A DNA stretch of 64,000 nt, from NCBI GenBank assembly GCA_039028615.1, contig JBCCHT010000019.1, forward strand, positions 152,267-216,266. The letters are read 5' to 3'. The notes beneath the pieces were generated by a model. That model was given only the letters and a program-made list of their open reading frames with translations. It was not told the origin of the DNA and searched no databases. The translations under genes and the position numbers were made by a program. Below, one piece after another: positions 9,806 to 18,972 of this stretch. Source of the DNA: Myxococcota bacterium (lineage in GTDB: Bacteria > Myxococcota_A > Polyangia > Nannocystales > Nannocystaceae). The first letter of the stretch is position 1. The number at the start of each line of letters is the position of its first letter.

Positions 9806-9915
9806 CGCCGCATGGTCGGTTTCGGACATCGCGCAGCCGCGGCGCCCCATTGTGGTCGGCGCCCGCAGACCGACGAGCCATTCGCGAGCGTTGTCGCTAT
9901 CATGGTGCGTCTCGC

Positions 9916-12657
9916 ATGAGCACCGATCCCCCCAACGACTCCGAGCCCGAGTCCGAGTCCTCGGGCGCCGACCAACCCGCCGATCTGCTGCGGGTCGAAG
10001 GGTTGGTGCCGCTCCCGGTCGCGGCCGCCGTGGACGGGGGCTCCGAGGACGAAGACGAGGACGAGTACTCGGGCGGCTACGGGGTCGAGGCGCTGCCGCG
10101 AGGCACTCAGCTCGGCCGCTACGTGCTGCTGGGTCGCGTTGCCGGGCGCGAAGGCGCGGTGGTCTACGGGGCCTACGATCCCGAAGAAGACCGCAAGGTC
10201 CTGCTCAAGCTCTTCGACCCGGGGGGTGACGACGACGACGAGGACGCGGCCCAGGCGGTGCGGCTCGAGCTCGCCCGCCAAGCGCAAGGCGTCGCCAAGG
10301 TCTCGCACCCCTGCGTCGAGCAGATCCACGAGGTCGGCGTCTACGACCACTGGGTCTTCCTCGCCACCGAGTTCGTCGACGGCCTCAACGTACGCCAATG
10401 GATGGAGGTCCGCGACGACCCCTTCCCCTGGCCCGAGGTGCTGCGAGTGTTCCGCGAGGCGGGCCGAGGCCTCGCCGCGGCACACAAGCAACGCATCGTG
10501 CACCGCGACTTCCGTCCCTCCAACGTCCTCATGGGCAAGGAGGGCCGCCTCGTCGTCATCGACTTCGGTCTCGCGCCCGAGGTCGAAGAAGAAGACGACG
10601 ACATCGAGGTCTCCGCGCTGCGCGAGTCGCTGTCCGGGGCCGCGCTCGAGGACACCCAGCCCGGCCCGGCCGGCATGGCGGGCACCCCCGCCTATATGGC
10701 GCCCGAGCAGCACCTCACCGGGCAGGCCGACGCTCGCTCCGACCAGTTCAGCTTCTGCGTCGCGATGTACGAAGCGCTCTACGGCGAGCGTCCGTTCTCC
10801 GGCAACCGCCCTCGCGCCATCGCGCTCGAGGCGGCCAAGCACAAGGTGCGGCCCGCTCCGCCCGACTCCAACGTCCCCGCCTGGCTGCGCGCCATCGTGA
10901 TTCGCGGCCTGAGCCCGCGCCCCAAAGATCGATTCCCCACCATGGAGGCGCTGCTGCGCGAGCTGGCGCGAGACCCCTCGGCCCGGCGTCGCCGCTGGCT
11001 GTGGGGCGCCGCGGGAGCGGCCGGCATGATGGGCGTCATCGGCCTCACCGCGTGGGCCTTCGAGGCCGACCAAAACGCCTGCGACGACACCAGCAGCGCC
11101 CTGGCCGAGGTGTGGACCATCGAGCGACGCGAGGCGCTGGGCGAGGTGTTCACCGCCACCGAGCGGCAGTGGGCCGAGCCGACCTGGCGCTACACCGAGT
11201 CCAAGCTCGACGCGTGGTCGAGCGTATGGGCCGACTATAGCCGCTTGGCCTGCCAGGCCACCCGGGTGTGGGGCGACGCGGCCGAGAAGACCTACGAGCT
11301 GCGGGTCGCCTGCCTCGACCGTCACCTCACCGAGTTCGATGCCACCCTCGAGGCACTCGCCGAGGTCGACGGACCCATGCTCGACCGCGCCCATGCGCTG
11401 GCCCAGCGCCTGCCCGATCCGCGGCGATGTACCGACACCAGCGCGCTGTTCGTGCTCGGTCAGCCCCCCGAGGACAGCCGCGAGCAGATCGACGGCCTGC
11501 ATCGCCAGATGGCCGGGCTCGAGGCGCGCTTGGTCCTCGGCCAGGCCGGCGCGGTGTCGCACGAGATCGGCGGCCTTCTACCCGAGGCCGACGCCACCGA
11601 AAACGACGCCCTCATCGCACGCGGACACTTGCTGCGGGGGCGAGCCGAGCTGGCCAAGGGCAACCCCGAAGCCGAGGCCCTGCTGCACGGCGCGGCCCAA
11701 GAGGCCCTGCGTGCGGGCGACACCAGCCTCGCCGCCATCGCGTGGCGCGGTCGCGTGGATGCCTTGTTGCAGCGAGACCGGGCGGCCGAAGCAGGCGCGC
11801 TGGTCGACTACATCGACGCAGTGATGGCCAACAAGCGCTTCGAGTGGCTGCGCCCCGATCTCGCCATCGCGCGTGGTCGCGCCGAACTGGCCCAGGGCCG
11901 CTCCGCGGAGGCGCTCGGTCACTTCTACGCCGCCATCGAACTCGAAGAGGGCCGCAACGACGCCGATCCCTTGCGGCTATTGCCGGCGTGGCTCGGCCAG
12001 GCCGAGGTGCTCGACGCCCACGAGGACACCCAAGAGGCCATCGCGCCCATCAAGACCGCGCTCGACGTCACCCGCAACACGCTCGGGCCCCAGCACCCCG
12101 CCGCGGTCGAGCTCCTGCAGCGCCTCGGGCAGCTCCAGCAACGCGAGGGGCTGCTCACCGACGCCCGGCCGAACCTCGAGCAAGCGCTCGAGATCACCCG
12201 CATGGCCGGCAACGGCGATCCGGGGCGCATCGCCGAGCTCGAGACCTCGCTCGGCCGAATCCTGCAGACCGAAGGCGACGTCGCTTCGGCTGCGATCCAC
12301 TTCGAGCGCGCCTACGAGCTGGTGCAGGGCAAGACCCCGACCGGGGCCTCGTTCCGTGCCGGGCTCCGCGTCGCCCGGGCTCGCCTCGAGCTGCGACGCA
12401 AAGCCGAGGCCCGCACCCTGCTCGCGCAACTGCTCACGACCTACCCGCCCGGTGCTCCCATCGGACGCGACGGCCCCACCTCCTTCGAGCTCGCCCAGGC
12501 CGAGCTGCTGCTGGCCACCCTGGTGTGGGACGACGGCGAAGCCGAGCGCGCCCGCGAGCTGGCCACCCGCAGCATCGCGCGCCCCGGTGAGAGCCTCGAG
12601 CAGGGGATCCATCGCGACGAAGCGCAGCGCTGGCTCGAAGAACACCCTGCCCCATGA
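9916..12657 (+). CDS. Membrane Ser/Thr protein kinase with C-terminal TPR-like region
   Basis: HRDFRPSN, DFGLA, GTPAYMAPEQ, SDQFSFCV, TM segment after RRRRW, LGPQHP TPR-type repeats. Confidence 0.9.
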   Translation: MSTDPPNDSEPESESSGADQPADLLRVEGLVPLPVAAAVDGGSEDEDEDEYSGGYGVEALPRGTQLGRYVLLGRVAGREGAVVYGAYDPEEDRKVLLKLFDPGGDDDDEDAAQAVRLELARQAQGVAKVSHPCVEQIHEVGVYDHWVFLATEFVDGLNVRQWMEVRDDPFPWPEVLRVFREAGRGLAAAHKQRIVHRDFRPSNVLMGKEGRLVVIDFGLAPEVEEEDDDIEVSALRESLSGAALEDTQPGPAGMAGTPAYMAPEQHLTGQADARSDQFSFCVAMYEALYGERPFSGNRPRAIALEAAKHKVRPAPPDSNVPAWLRAIVIRGLSPRPKDRFPTMEALLRELARDPSARRRRWLWGAAGAAGMMGVIGLTAWAFEADQNACDDTSSALAEVWTIERREALGEVFTATERQWAEPTWRYTESKLDAWSSVWADYSRLACQATRVWGDAAEKTYELRVACLDRHLTEFDATLEALAEVDGPMLDRAHALAQRLPDPRRCTDTSALFVLGQPPEDSREQIDGLHRQMAGLEARLVLGQAGAVSHEIGGLLPEADATENDALIARGHLLRGRAELAKGNPEAEALLHGAAQEALRAGDTSLAAIAWRGRVDALLQRDRAAEAGALVDYIDAVMANKRFEWLRPDLAIARGRAELAQGRSAEALGHFYAAIELEEGRNDADPLRLLPAWLGQAEVLDAHEDTQEAIAPIKTALDVTRNTLGPQHPAAVELLQRLGQLQQREGLLTDARPNLEQALEITRMAGNGDPGRIAELETSLGRILQTEGDVASAAIHFERAYELVQGKTPTGASFRAGLRVARARLELRRKAEARTLLAQLLTTYPPGAPIGRDGPTSFELAQAELLLATLVWDDGEAERARELATRSIARPGESLEQGIHRDEAQRWLEEHPAP

Positions 12658-13823
12658 CCTCGTCTCGTCGCTGCCTCGCCACGCCCGGCTTGCTCGTCGC
12701 GCTCGGCCTGAGCCTCGCATGTGAACCTCCCGGCGCCACCGCGCCCAGTCGCGTGCCCGTGCGGCCCGACGCGGTGCTCAACGTGCCCTATCCCGTCAGC
12801 GAGCCCGAGCGCATCGAAGGGGCCGGACGCAAGACCCTCTCCGAGGCGCAGTTCGTGTTCATCAGCCTGGGCGCGCCGCCCGACGAGCGCGACCACGCCC
12901 TGCCCGAGCGCGTGGCCTCCGAGGGGCCCATGCTGCTCGCCCATCACTTCGGCCCCGTGGGCACGCACGCCACGGCCTGGCAGGAGCTTCGCCGGCTGGC
13001 CTTCGGTCGCGGCATCCCGCCGCGCGGCCAGGCGCAGCCCGTTCCCGCCGAAGAGGTCGAAGCACTCGGGTTGCAGGCGCCCGCGTCGAGCGTGTGGCTC
13101 GTCGGTCCCGACGGCAGCTGCCGCGCCGAAGTCGGGGAGCCGCTGGTCGGCGTCTACGACGGCCCCGAGGACACCGTCGCCGTGGGCTACCGCCTCGAGG
13201 GATGCTCCGGCCGACGGTGGGCCCAGGTCGGCATCATCTCCGATGGCATCCCCGTCGACTTTCGCTGGGTCCCCGCCGAGCTGTCCTCCGAGCAGATCCT
13301 CGCCTACGGCAGCGAGTGGGACGACCCGCTCCCTACCCTCGTCGACCCGCCCGCGTGGTCGCACGCGATGACGCCGGGCTTCGACCAAGTCCGCGTGCAC
13401 GAGATCCCCGACGTCTCGCCGCGCGTGCTGCAGCTGCACCGCGCCTGGACCTCCGAGCATCCCGATCGCACGGAGCGAGCATGGTGCGAGATCGAGGCCG
13501 CGTGGAGCCACACCGAAGGCTGGTACAACGGCCGATGGATCGATCCCGTGCCCTGGGTCCCCGACGCCACCGACCCCTTCCTGCTCGGCGCGTTCGTCAA
13601 CGGCGAGCAAGTCGACGCCGTGCTCTATGACGATCGCTTCGACGGCCTGGTCGTCGTGCCGCCGGGGCCGCTCGACGACATGAACGACGCGAGCGCATGG
13701 ACCCAAGTGTTCGTGCCCACCGGGCACTATCACGACGACGAGCTCACCCGTTGGGGCGTGGAGCCGGCTCGCGGGGCTCTGCCGCTGGGTCCGCGATGCG
13801 AAACCGACGGCGACTCGCCATGA
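12654..13823 (+). CDS. Hypothetical lipoprotein
   Basis: Lipobox LSLAC; ATGA overlaps with neighbours on both sides. Confidence 0.75.
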   Translation: MTSSRRCLATPGLLVALGLSLACEPPGATAPSRVPVRPDAVLNVPYPVSEPERIEGAGRKTLSEAQFVFISLGAPPDERDHALPERVASEGPMLLAHHFGPVGTHATAWQELRRLAFGRGIPPRGQAQPVPAEEVEALGLQAPASSVWLVGPDGSCRAEVGEPLVGVYDGPEDTVAVGYRLEGCSGRRWAQVGIISDGIPVDFRWVPAELSSEQILAYGSEWDDPLPTLVDPPAWSHAMTPGFDQVRVHEIPDVSPRVLQLHRAWTSEHPDRTERAWCEIEAAWSHTEGWYNGRWIDPVPWVPDATDPFLLGAFVNGEQVDAVLYDDRFDGLVVVPPGPLDDMNDASAWTQVFVPTGHYHDDELTRWGVEPARGALPLGPRCETDGDSP

Positions 13824-14539
13824 GTTCGGTCGTGGTGAGGCCAGCCGCTGCGCCCCGCTGGGGCCGTCGACGGCTGCTGTGGTCGCTCGTCGCGATGGCC
13901 GGCTGCGCGAGCGCCAAGGGCCCGCCGAAGGCCCCCGACGGCGCGGCCGAGGTCGTGCTCTCGATGCAGGGCATCGACTGCCAGAGCTGCGGACAGACGG
14001 CGGTCGAGGCCCTCACCGCCACCCCCGGGGTCTATGTCGCCTCGTTCGAGCGCGACGCGGTCGAGCTTCACGTCGCCTACGATGCCGCCCAGGTCGACCC
14101 GCCGCAGCTGCTGGCGGTCGTGCACGGGCTCGGCTACCGGGCAATACGAGGGCCGGGCCAGGGCGCCTACACCTCGGAGGTCGTCTTCGCCCCCGGGCTC
14201 GACGTCCAGCAGATTTCCACCGACGGCGAGCTGGTCGACCTCGAGGCCTTCCTCGTCCCCGGCAAGGTCACCGTCTTCGACTATCACGCCGTGTGGTGCG
14301 GGCCCTGCAAAGAGGTCGACCGCCACATGCTGGCCCTGCTCGAGCGCAACGACGACATCGCCCTGCGCAAGCTCGACGTCGTCGACTGGAGCAGCGCGCT
14401 CGCGACCAAGCACCTCGGGAAGGTGGCCACCCTGCCCTACCTCATCGTGCACGGCCGCAGCGGCAAGCCCATCGCCCAGATCGCCGGCCTCGACCTGGTC
14501 GCCCTCGACCGCGCCATCGAGCGAGGCCGTCGTCGATGA
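13820..14539 (+). CDS. Lipoprotein with heavy-metal-associated (HMA) domain fused to thioredoxin domain
   Basis: Lipobox MAGC; GIDCQSC (HMA CxxC); DYHAVWCGPCK ... LPY (thioredoxin). Confidence 0.88.
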   Translation: MSSVVVRPAAAPRWGRRRLLWSLVAMAGCASAKGPPKAPDGAAEVVLSMQGIDCQSCGQTAVEALTATPGVYVASFERDAVELHVAYDAAQVDPPQLLAVVHGLGYRAIRGPGQGAYTSEVVFAPGLDVQQISTDGELVDLEAFLVPGKVTVFDYHAVWCGPCKEVDRHMLALLERNDDIALRKLDVVDWSSALATKHLGKVATLPYLIVHGRSGKPIAQIAGLDLVALDRAIERGRRR

Positions 14540-15603
14540 GGTTCCGGCGGCTCACCTTGTCGCTCGGCTTGGCGATGGGCCTGACGGCGGCGGGCTCTCC
14601 CGACATCGCCCTGGCCGGCCCCTGAGCGGGTTGAAGCAACCCCAACCTCCCGGGTGGAGGTACGACCGCATATCAGACTCCGATGGATCGGGGCCGCCTT
14701 CGCTTCGGCGCCTCGATGCTCTACTCGTATATCAACGCCGCCCACGACGTGGACCCGGAGCAGTTCGAGCCCGGCATTCCCTTCGAGGACCAGGCGGCCG
14801 AGCATCAGCTCGGCATCAACATGCTCGAGTGGGACGTGGACGCGCAGTTCGGCGTGCACCGTCGCTTCGCCTTCGAGCTGATGCTGCCCATCCGCACCAC
14901 GATCATCGATGCGTCCTTCGCCGACGCCCAGGGTCGGCCGCTGCCAAACTTCCAGAGCATTCACCACCGCGACGAAGTCATCGCGGGCGTGGGTGACCTG
15001 ACCTTCGGCGGCCGCATCGGCCTGGTGCTCCCGGAGAACGTACCCCGCTGGACCCTGGCCCTGCGCACGGGCGTTTCGCTGCCCACGGGCAACACCGAGC
15101 CGGACCCCTTTGCCCTCGGGGCGGCCGGCCAAGAGCACCAGCACATGTTCTTCGGCTCCGGGACCGTCGATCCGCGGATCGGCTTCGACACCAACGTGGC
15201 CTTCGATCGCTGGGGCCTGGTGGGGTGGTCCCTGCTCGAGGCGCCGCTGTACTCGAACAAGCACGGCTACCGCGGCAGTACCGTCGTCGTCGGCGGCATG
15301 GGAGCGCAGTCGGGCTTCGGCCTGCAGCGCTGGTCGTTTCTCGTGCAGCCCGAGGTCTACTTCGAGACGCCCGCGCGCTGGAACGACACCCTCGCTCGCA
15401 ACAGCGGCCGTACCAGCCTCATCGCGACCGCGGGAGCCTTCTTCTTGCCGACTCCGCAGTGGCGCCTGCATGCGCTGGTCAAGGTGCCCTACGCCACCTT
15501 CGCTCGCGGCGGGCAGCTGCGCTGGCCCATCGTCGCGCTCCTGGGCTTCAGCTACACCGTCCAGGTCGGCAAGCCCGAGCGCGACGGCCATCACCACGGC
15601 TGA
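14536..15603 (+). CDS. Predicted selenoprotein (U30, U33; UxxU): outer-membrane beta-barrel transporter-like protein, 355 aa with read-through
   Basis: ATG 14536 overlaps the upstream stop; signal peptide ending ALA; in-frame TGA at 14623-14625 and 14632-14634; the frame continues without further stops into ORF 14683-15603 (GVGDL, GVSLPTG, GSGTVD, GFSYT, GHHHG). Confidence 0.82.
14645..14661 (+). promoter_or_regulatory. Candidate bacterial SECIS hairpin
   Basis: ACCTCC-CGGGT-GGAGGT, 6-bp stem with G-rich 5-nt loop; 16 nt separate the loop from the second UGA and 25 nt from the first. Confidence 0.65.
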
Positions 15604-15614
15604 CGCCGGATCGC

Positions 15615-16463
15615 TCAGGTCCCCGACACCAGGCGCTGCAGAGCGAGGGTGGCCCCGAAGGCCAGCACGGCGAAGGGGATGAGGTCGGGCCGCCCCGCGT
15701 GCGCGACGAGCAGCGCGTCGACCAGCGCGATGCCGGCAATGAGCGAGATGATGCCCGTGCGGATCGAGCCCGAAGCCCGTCCTCGCACGAGGCGAAGGCA
15801 ACGAAGCACCCACAGGCAGAAGCCTGCGAACAGGCCTTTGACCAGCATGGGCCCGAGCACCAGGCTCCAGGTCACCACCGCGGGGCTCCACAAGCCCGCC
15901 AGCGGGCCGTAGCGCACCAGGGCGTTCGTGTTCTCGTGCGCCGCGGCAAAGGTCAGCCCGAGTACGTACAGCAGCAGCACCGCCGCGCCGAGCCACACGG
16001 CGACGGGCAGCGTCCAGGTCACGGACAAGGCCGCGGTCAGGTACAGACCCACCCGGCACGCCCCCATGATCACGGGCCCGAAGGGGTTGCCCTTGTGGTT
16101 GACGTTGTAGGCGACGATGAGACCGATGGTGCCCGCAGCACCCAGCAGCGGTCCCAGGCCGAGGCTTCCCGCCACGACCAGGGCGAGCACGAAGAGCAGG
16201 CCGACCGCACGCAGGACCTCGCCGGCTCGGACCTCGCCCGAGGGGATCGGCCGCTCCGCTCGTTCCTTGGCGTCGATCTCGGCGTCGCAGTAGTCGTTGA
16301 GGAACATGCCGCCGACGTACAGCAGCGAGGCCATGAGCCCCAGCCGACCGTACACGCTGGGCGTGAGGGCTCCGCCCGCCAGCACCAGGCCCGCCAACAC
16401 GTTGCTCCACACGGTGGGGAGGTTGGACACGCGACCGAGTTTGAGCGCCGTCGAGAGTTTCAT
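15615..16463 (-). CDS. eboC: UbiA-family prenyltransferase, EboC-like
   Basis: LGRVSNLPTVWSN, GGMFLNDYCDAEIDAKERAERPIPSG, MGACR; multi-TM; ebo context. Confidence 0.88.
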   Translation of the reverse strand: MKLSTALKLGRVSNLPTVWSNVLAGLVLAGGALTPSVYGRLGLMASLLYVGGMFLNDYCDAEIDAKERAERPIPSGEVRAGEVLRAVGLLFVLALVVAGSLGLGPLLGAAGTIGLIVAYNVNHKGNPFGPVIMGACRVGLYLTAALSVTWTLPVAVWLGAAVLLLYVLGLTFAAAHENTNALVRYGPLAGLWSPAVVTWSLVLGPMLVKGLFAGFCLWVLRCLRLVRGRASGSIRTGIISLIAGIALVDALLVAHAGRPDLIPFAVLAFGATLALQRLVSGT

Positions 16464-17728
16464 GGGGTGCGGTCTTTCGAGGTCAGAGGAACGCGGCAGT
16501 GATCGAGGACCCAGCGTAGCTCCCGAGTGATGGCATCGGTCAGCGGCACGTCGCGCAGCGTGGGCGGAAGCACGCTCCACGTATAGGTCTCGACCTCCAC
16601 GTGATCGCATAGCCCCGCGCCGAGGACCTCGTGCAGCAGCGCCTCGAGCACGCCGTCGGTATTGCGAAAGGGCGGGATCTCGGACTGGAAGACGGGCACG
16701 TGGTAGTGCACGCGCCAGCTTTGCGCGGGGCACTCGCCCGCCGCGTGAGCGGCCATGGCCTGCGGTAGGTCGAGGAAGCGGCGGAGCGAAGCTCCCTGCT
16801 CCGAAGTCTCGTCGAGTCGGGCGACGACCTGATGGAGGTAGACGTCCTCCGCGAACGCCTTCAGGTGCTCGAGCGCCGACGCGTCGACCGGCTCGATGTG
16901 GAGCCCGGTCGTGGCCTGGAGCTTCGCCACCCGCACGCCCGCCGCACGCAGGGCCGCGACGCTCCGCGCAGGGTCTTCGTACTCGACCGCGGCATGGCAG
17001 GTATCGAGGCACAGGCCCAGGTGGTAGCGCAGCGCCTCCTCGGCTTTCGACGGGCTCAGCCCGGTGAGCGCCACCATGCGCCGCGTGGCCTCGGCCGACC
17101 ACAGGCGTGCCTCGAAGAACGCAATGGCCTCGGCGGTGGTCTCGAGCATGCACTCGGGCTCGGGCTCGAGGGCCAACGCGATGTCGACCCCGCGCTCTTC
17201 GGCGTGGCGCCACAGCATCGCCGCGGTCCGCAGCAGGTGCTCGACGAGTGCATCCGGGGGCGCCGACGGGTCGTAGCCCTCACTCCGCGGACCGACGAGC
17301 GGCCGAAAGCCTCCTGGGACCGTGCTGATCGAGCCTCGGACCCCCGCGGGCAACAGCCGGGCGAGGATCGTGGCGAGCACCTCGGTATAGCGAAGCCGCT
17401 CGGCCGTGCTCCAGTCGGGCTGGTAGACCGACTCTTTGACCGGCTGCGCGTGGAAATCCCCGTGCGGGAACCCGTTGAGCGTGAACACGTAGAGCCCGCG
17501 CTCGTCGAGAGCATCGGCGAACGCATCGAGTCCCCCGGGTGCGGCCATGAGTTCATCCGCCGCGCGGGCGGACAACCGCAGGCCGATGCCGAAGGGGGCA
17601 TCGGGACTGAGCGCCGCCTTCACGGTGGGCGCATGCGTCAGCACGTTATCGCGGGTCTCCGCCCAGCTCTCCCCCGGGTGGATGTTGCTGCAGTACGTCA
17701 GGTGTACTGCGCCATCGAGAATGCGCAT
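16460..17728 (-). CDS. eboE: EboE (xylose-isomerase-like TIM barrel)
   Basis: LTYCSNIHPGESW, FTLNGFPHGDFH, LEPEPEC, YLHQV, WRVHYHVP, EVETYTWSVLP. Confidence 0.93.
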   Translation of the reverse strand: MRILDGAVHLTYCSNIHPGESWAETRDNVLTHAPTVKAALSPDAPFGIGLRLSARAADELMAAPGGLDAFADALDERGLYVFTLNGFPHGDFHAQPVKESVYQPDWSTAERLRYTEVLATILARLLPAGVRGSISTVPGGFRPLVGPRSEGYDPSAPPDALVEHLLRTAAMLWRHAEERGVDIALALEPEPECMLETTAEAIAFFEARLWSAEATRRMVALTGLSPSKAEEALRYHLGLCLDTCHAAVEYEDPARSVAALRAAGVRVAKLQATTGLHIEPVDASALEHLKAFAEDVYLHQVVARLDETSEQGASLRRFLDLPQAMAAHAAGECPAQSWRVHYHVPVFQSEIPPFRNTDGVLEALLHEVLGAGLCDHVEVETYTWSVLPPTLRDVPLTDAITRELRWVLDHCRVPLTSKDRTP

Positions 17729-17730
17729 GG

Positions 17731-18921
17731 TCAGCCCGCGCGCGCGTGGGTCGGAATGGACTCGACGACCGAGGTCATGAGCGCATGGTCGATCTCGTGG
17801 ATCTCGAAGCCCTGGCCGAGCCCCTCGAGCAAGGTCAGGGTCAGCTCGCCCCCCAGGTGCTCGCGAAACTCCTCGAGACCCACGAGCAGCTCGAGCTCCC
17901 CCTTGGGCGCGCGCCTCAGCTGCGCTTCGTGCCACGTGGGCAGGCCCAGCGCGACCAGCAGGCTCTCGATGCGCTGCGCGGCCTCGGCGTCGAGCCGACC
18001 GATCTCGACCGAGTAACGGCTGTCGATGGTGATGCCGATGGACACCGCCTCGCCGTGACGCAAGCCGTGCCCGCTGAGCACCTCGAGCTTGTGCGCCGAC
18101 CAGTGGCCAAAATCCAGGGGCCGCGCGCTGCCGTTTTCGAATGGGTCCCCACCGTCGCGAATGTGCTCGAGGTGGAGCTCGGCACAGCGGCGGATCATGT
18201 AGGCGGTGGCATCGGGCTCACCCACGCGCAGGTCGTGAGCGTGGGCCTCCATCCACTCGAAGAACGCGACGTCCTTGATCAGCGCGACTTTCACCGCCTC
18301 GGCCATTCCCGCCAAGCGGTCGCGCTCGCTGAGGCTGAACACGAAGTCGAGATCGTTGATGACCGCCGACGGCGGCGCAAAGGTCCCCAACGCGTTCTTG
18401 TGACCGAACGCATTGATGCCGTTCTTCACGCCGACCCCGGCATCGTTTTGCGCGAGCACCGTAGTCGGCAATCGCACGACTCGAATGCCGCGGTGCGCCA
18501 GTGCTGCCGCATAGCCCGCCGCGTCGAGCACCGCGCCTCCACCGATGATCATCACCGTGCAGTGGCGATCGAGATGGGCGGCAAAAAACGCCGCCTGCAG
18601 CTCGTGGATCAACGCGGGATCGTTCTTCGCCGCCTCGCCTCCGACCAAGGATCGCGGGGGCGCGGCGAGCTCGAGCACATCGGCGTGATGGTCGAAATAC
18701 GCCTGGATTCGGGCATTCAGCTCGGGCCAGGCCTCGAGCACCCCGCTGTCGACGACCACGAAGACCCGACACTTGCGGCCCTCGGACGACCCCGCTTGCT
18801 CGACCAGGGTCGTGCGCAGCACGAGGTCGTGGGGGGCCAACACGCCGCGGGTGAACACCACCGGGTAGTCGAACACCACCCCTACGCGTTGCGCCCAACG
18901 GTGGGTCACGGCCCCGCCCAT
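17731..18921 (-). CDS. eboD: 3-dehydroquinate synthase-like sugar-phosphate cyclase EboD (start uncertain)
   Basis: GGEAAKN, GGGAVLD, PTTVLAQNDAGVGVKNG, RPLDFGHWSAHKLE, HGEAV. Confidence 0.9.
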   Translation of the reverse strand: MGGAVTHRWAQRVGVVFDYPVVFTRGVLAPHDLVLRTTLVEQAGSSEGRKCRVFVVVDSGVLEAWPELNARIQAYFDHHADVLELAAPPRSLVGGEAAKNDPALIHELQAAFFAAHLDRHCTVMIIGGGAVLDAAGYAAALAHRGIRVVRLPTTVLAQNDAGVGVKNGINAFGHKNALGTFAPPSAVINDLDFVFSLSERDRLAGMAEAVKVALIKDVAFFEWMEAHAHDLRVGEPDATAYMIRRCAELHLEHIRDGGDPFENGSARPLDFGHWSAHKLEVLSGHGLRHGEAVSIGITIDSRYSVEIGRLDAEAAQRIESLLVALGLPTWHEAQLRRAPKGELELLVGLEEFREHLGGELTLTLLEGLGQGFEIHEIDHALMTSVVESIPTHARAG

Positions 18922-18972
18922 GTGCCCGTCCATCGCGGCGGATGGTAGCTCAGGCCCAAGCAGTGGTCCACA

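Noticed and set aside
6869..9850. 993-aa minus-strand ORF and similar long antisense or alternate-frame ORFs (e.g. 4236-6428, 9517-11562, 44790-46658, 48346-50259)
   Set aside because: Shadow ORFs of clearly recognisable genes in high-GC DNA; no motifs.
14623..14634. Reading the two TGAs as pseudogene nonsense mutations, or 14536-14625 as a 29-aa peptide
   Set aside because: Two stops with exact CxxC spacing right after a signal peptide, a downstream hairpin and an otherwise intact frame favour recoding. Not fully excluded without homologs.
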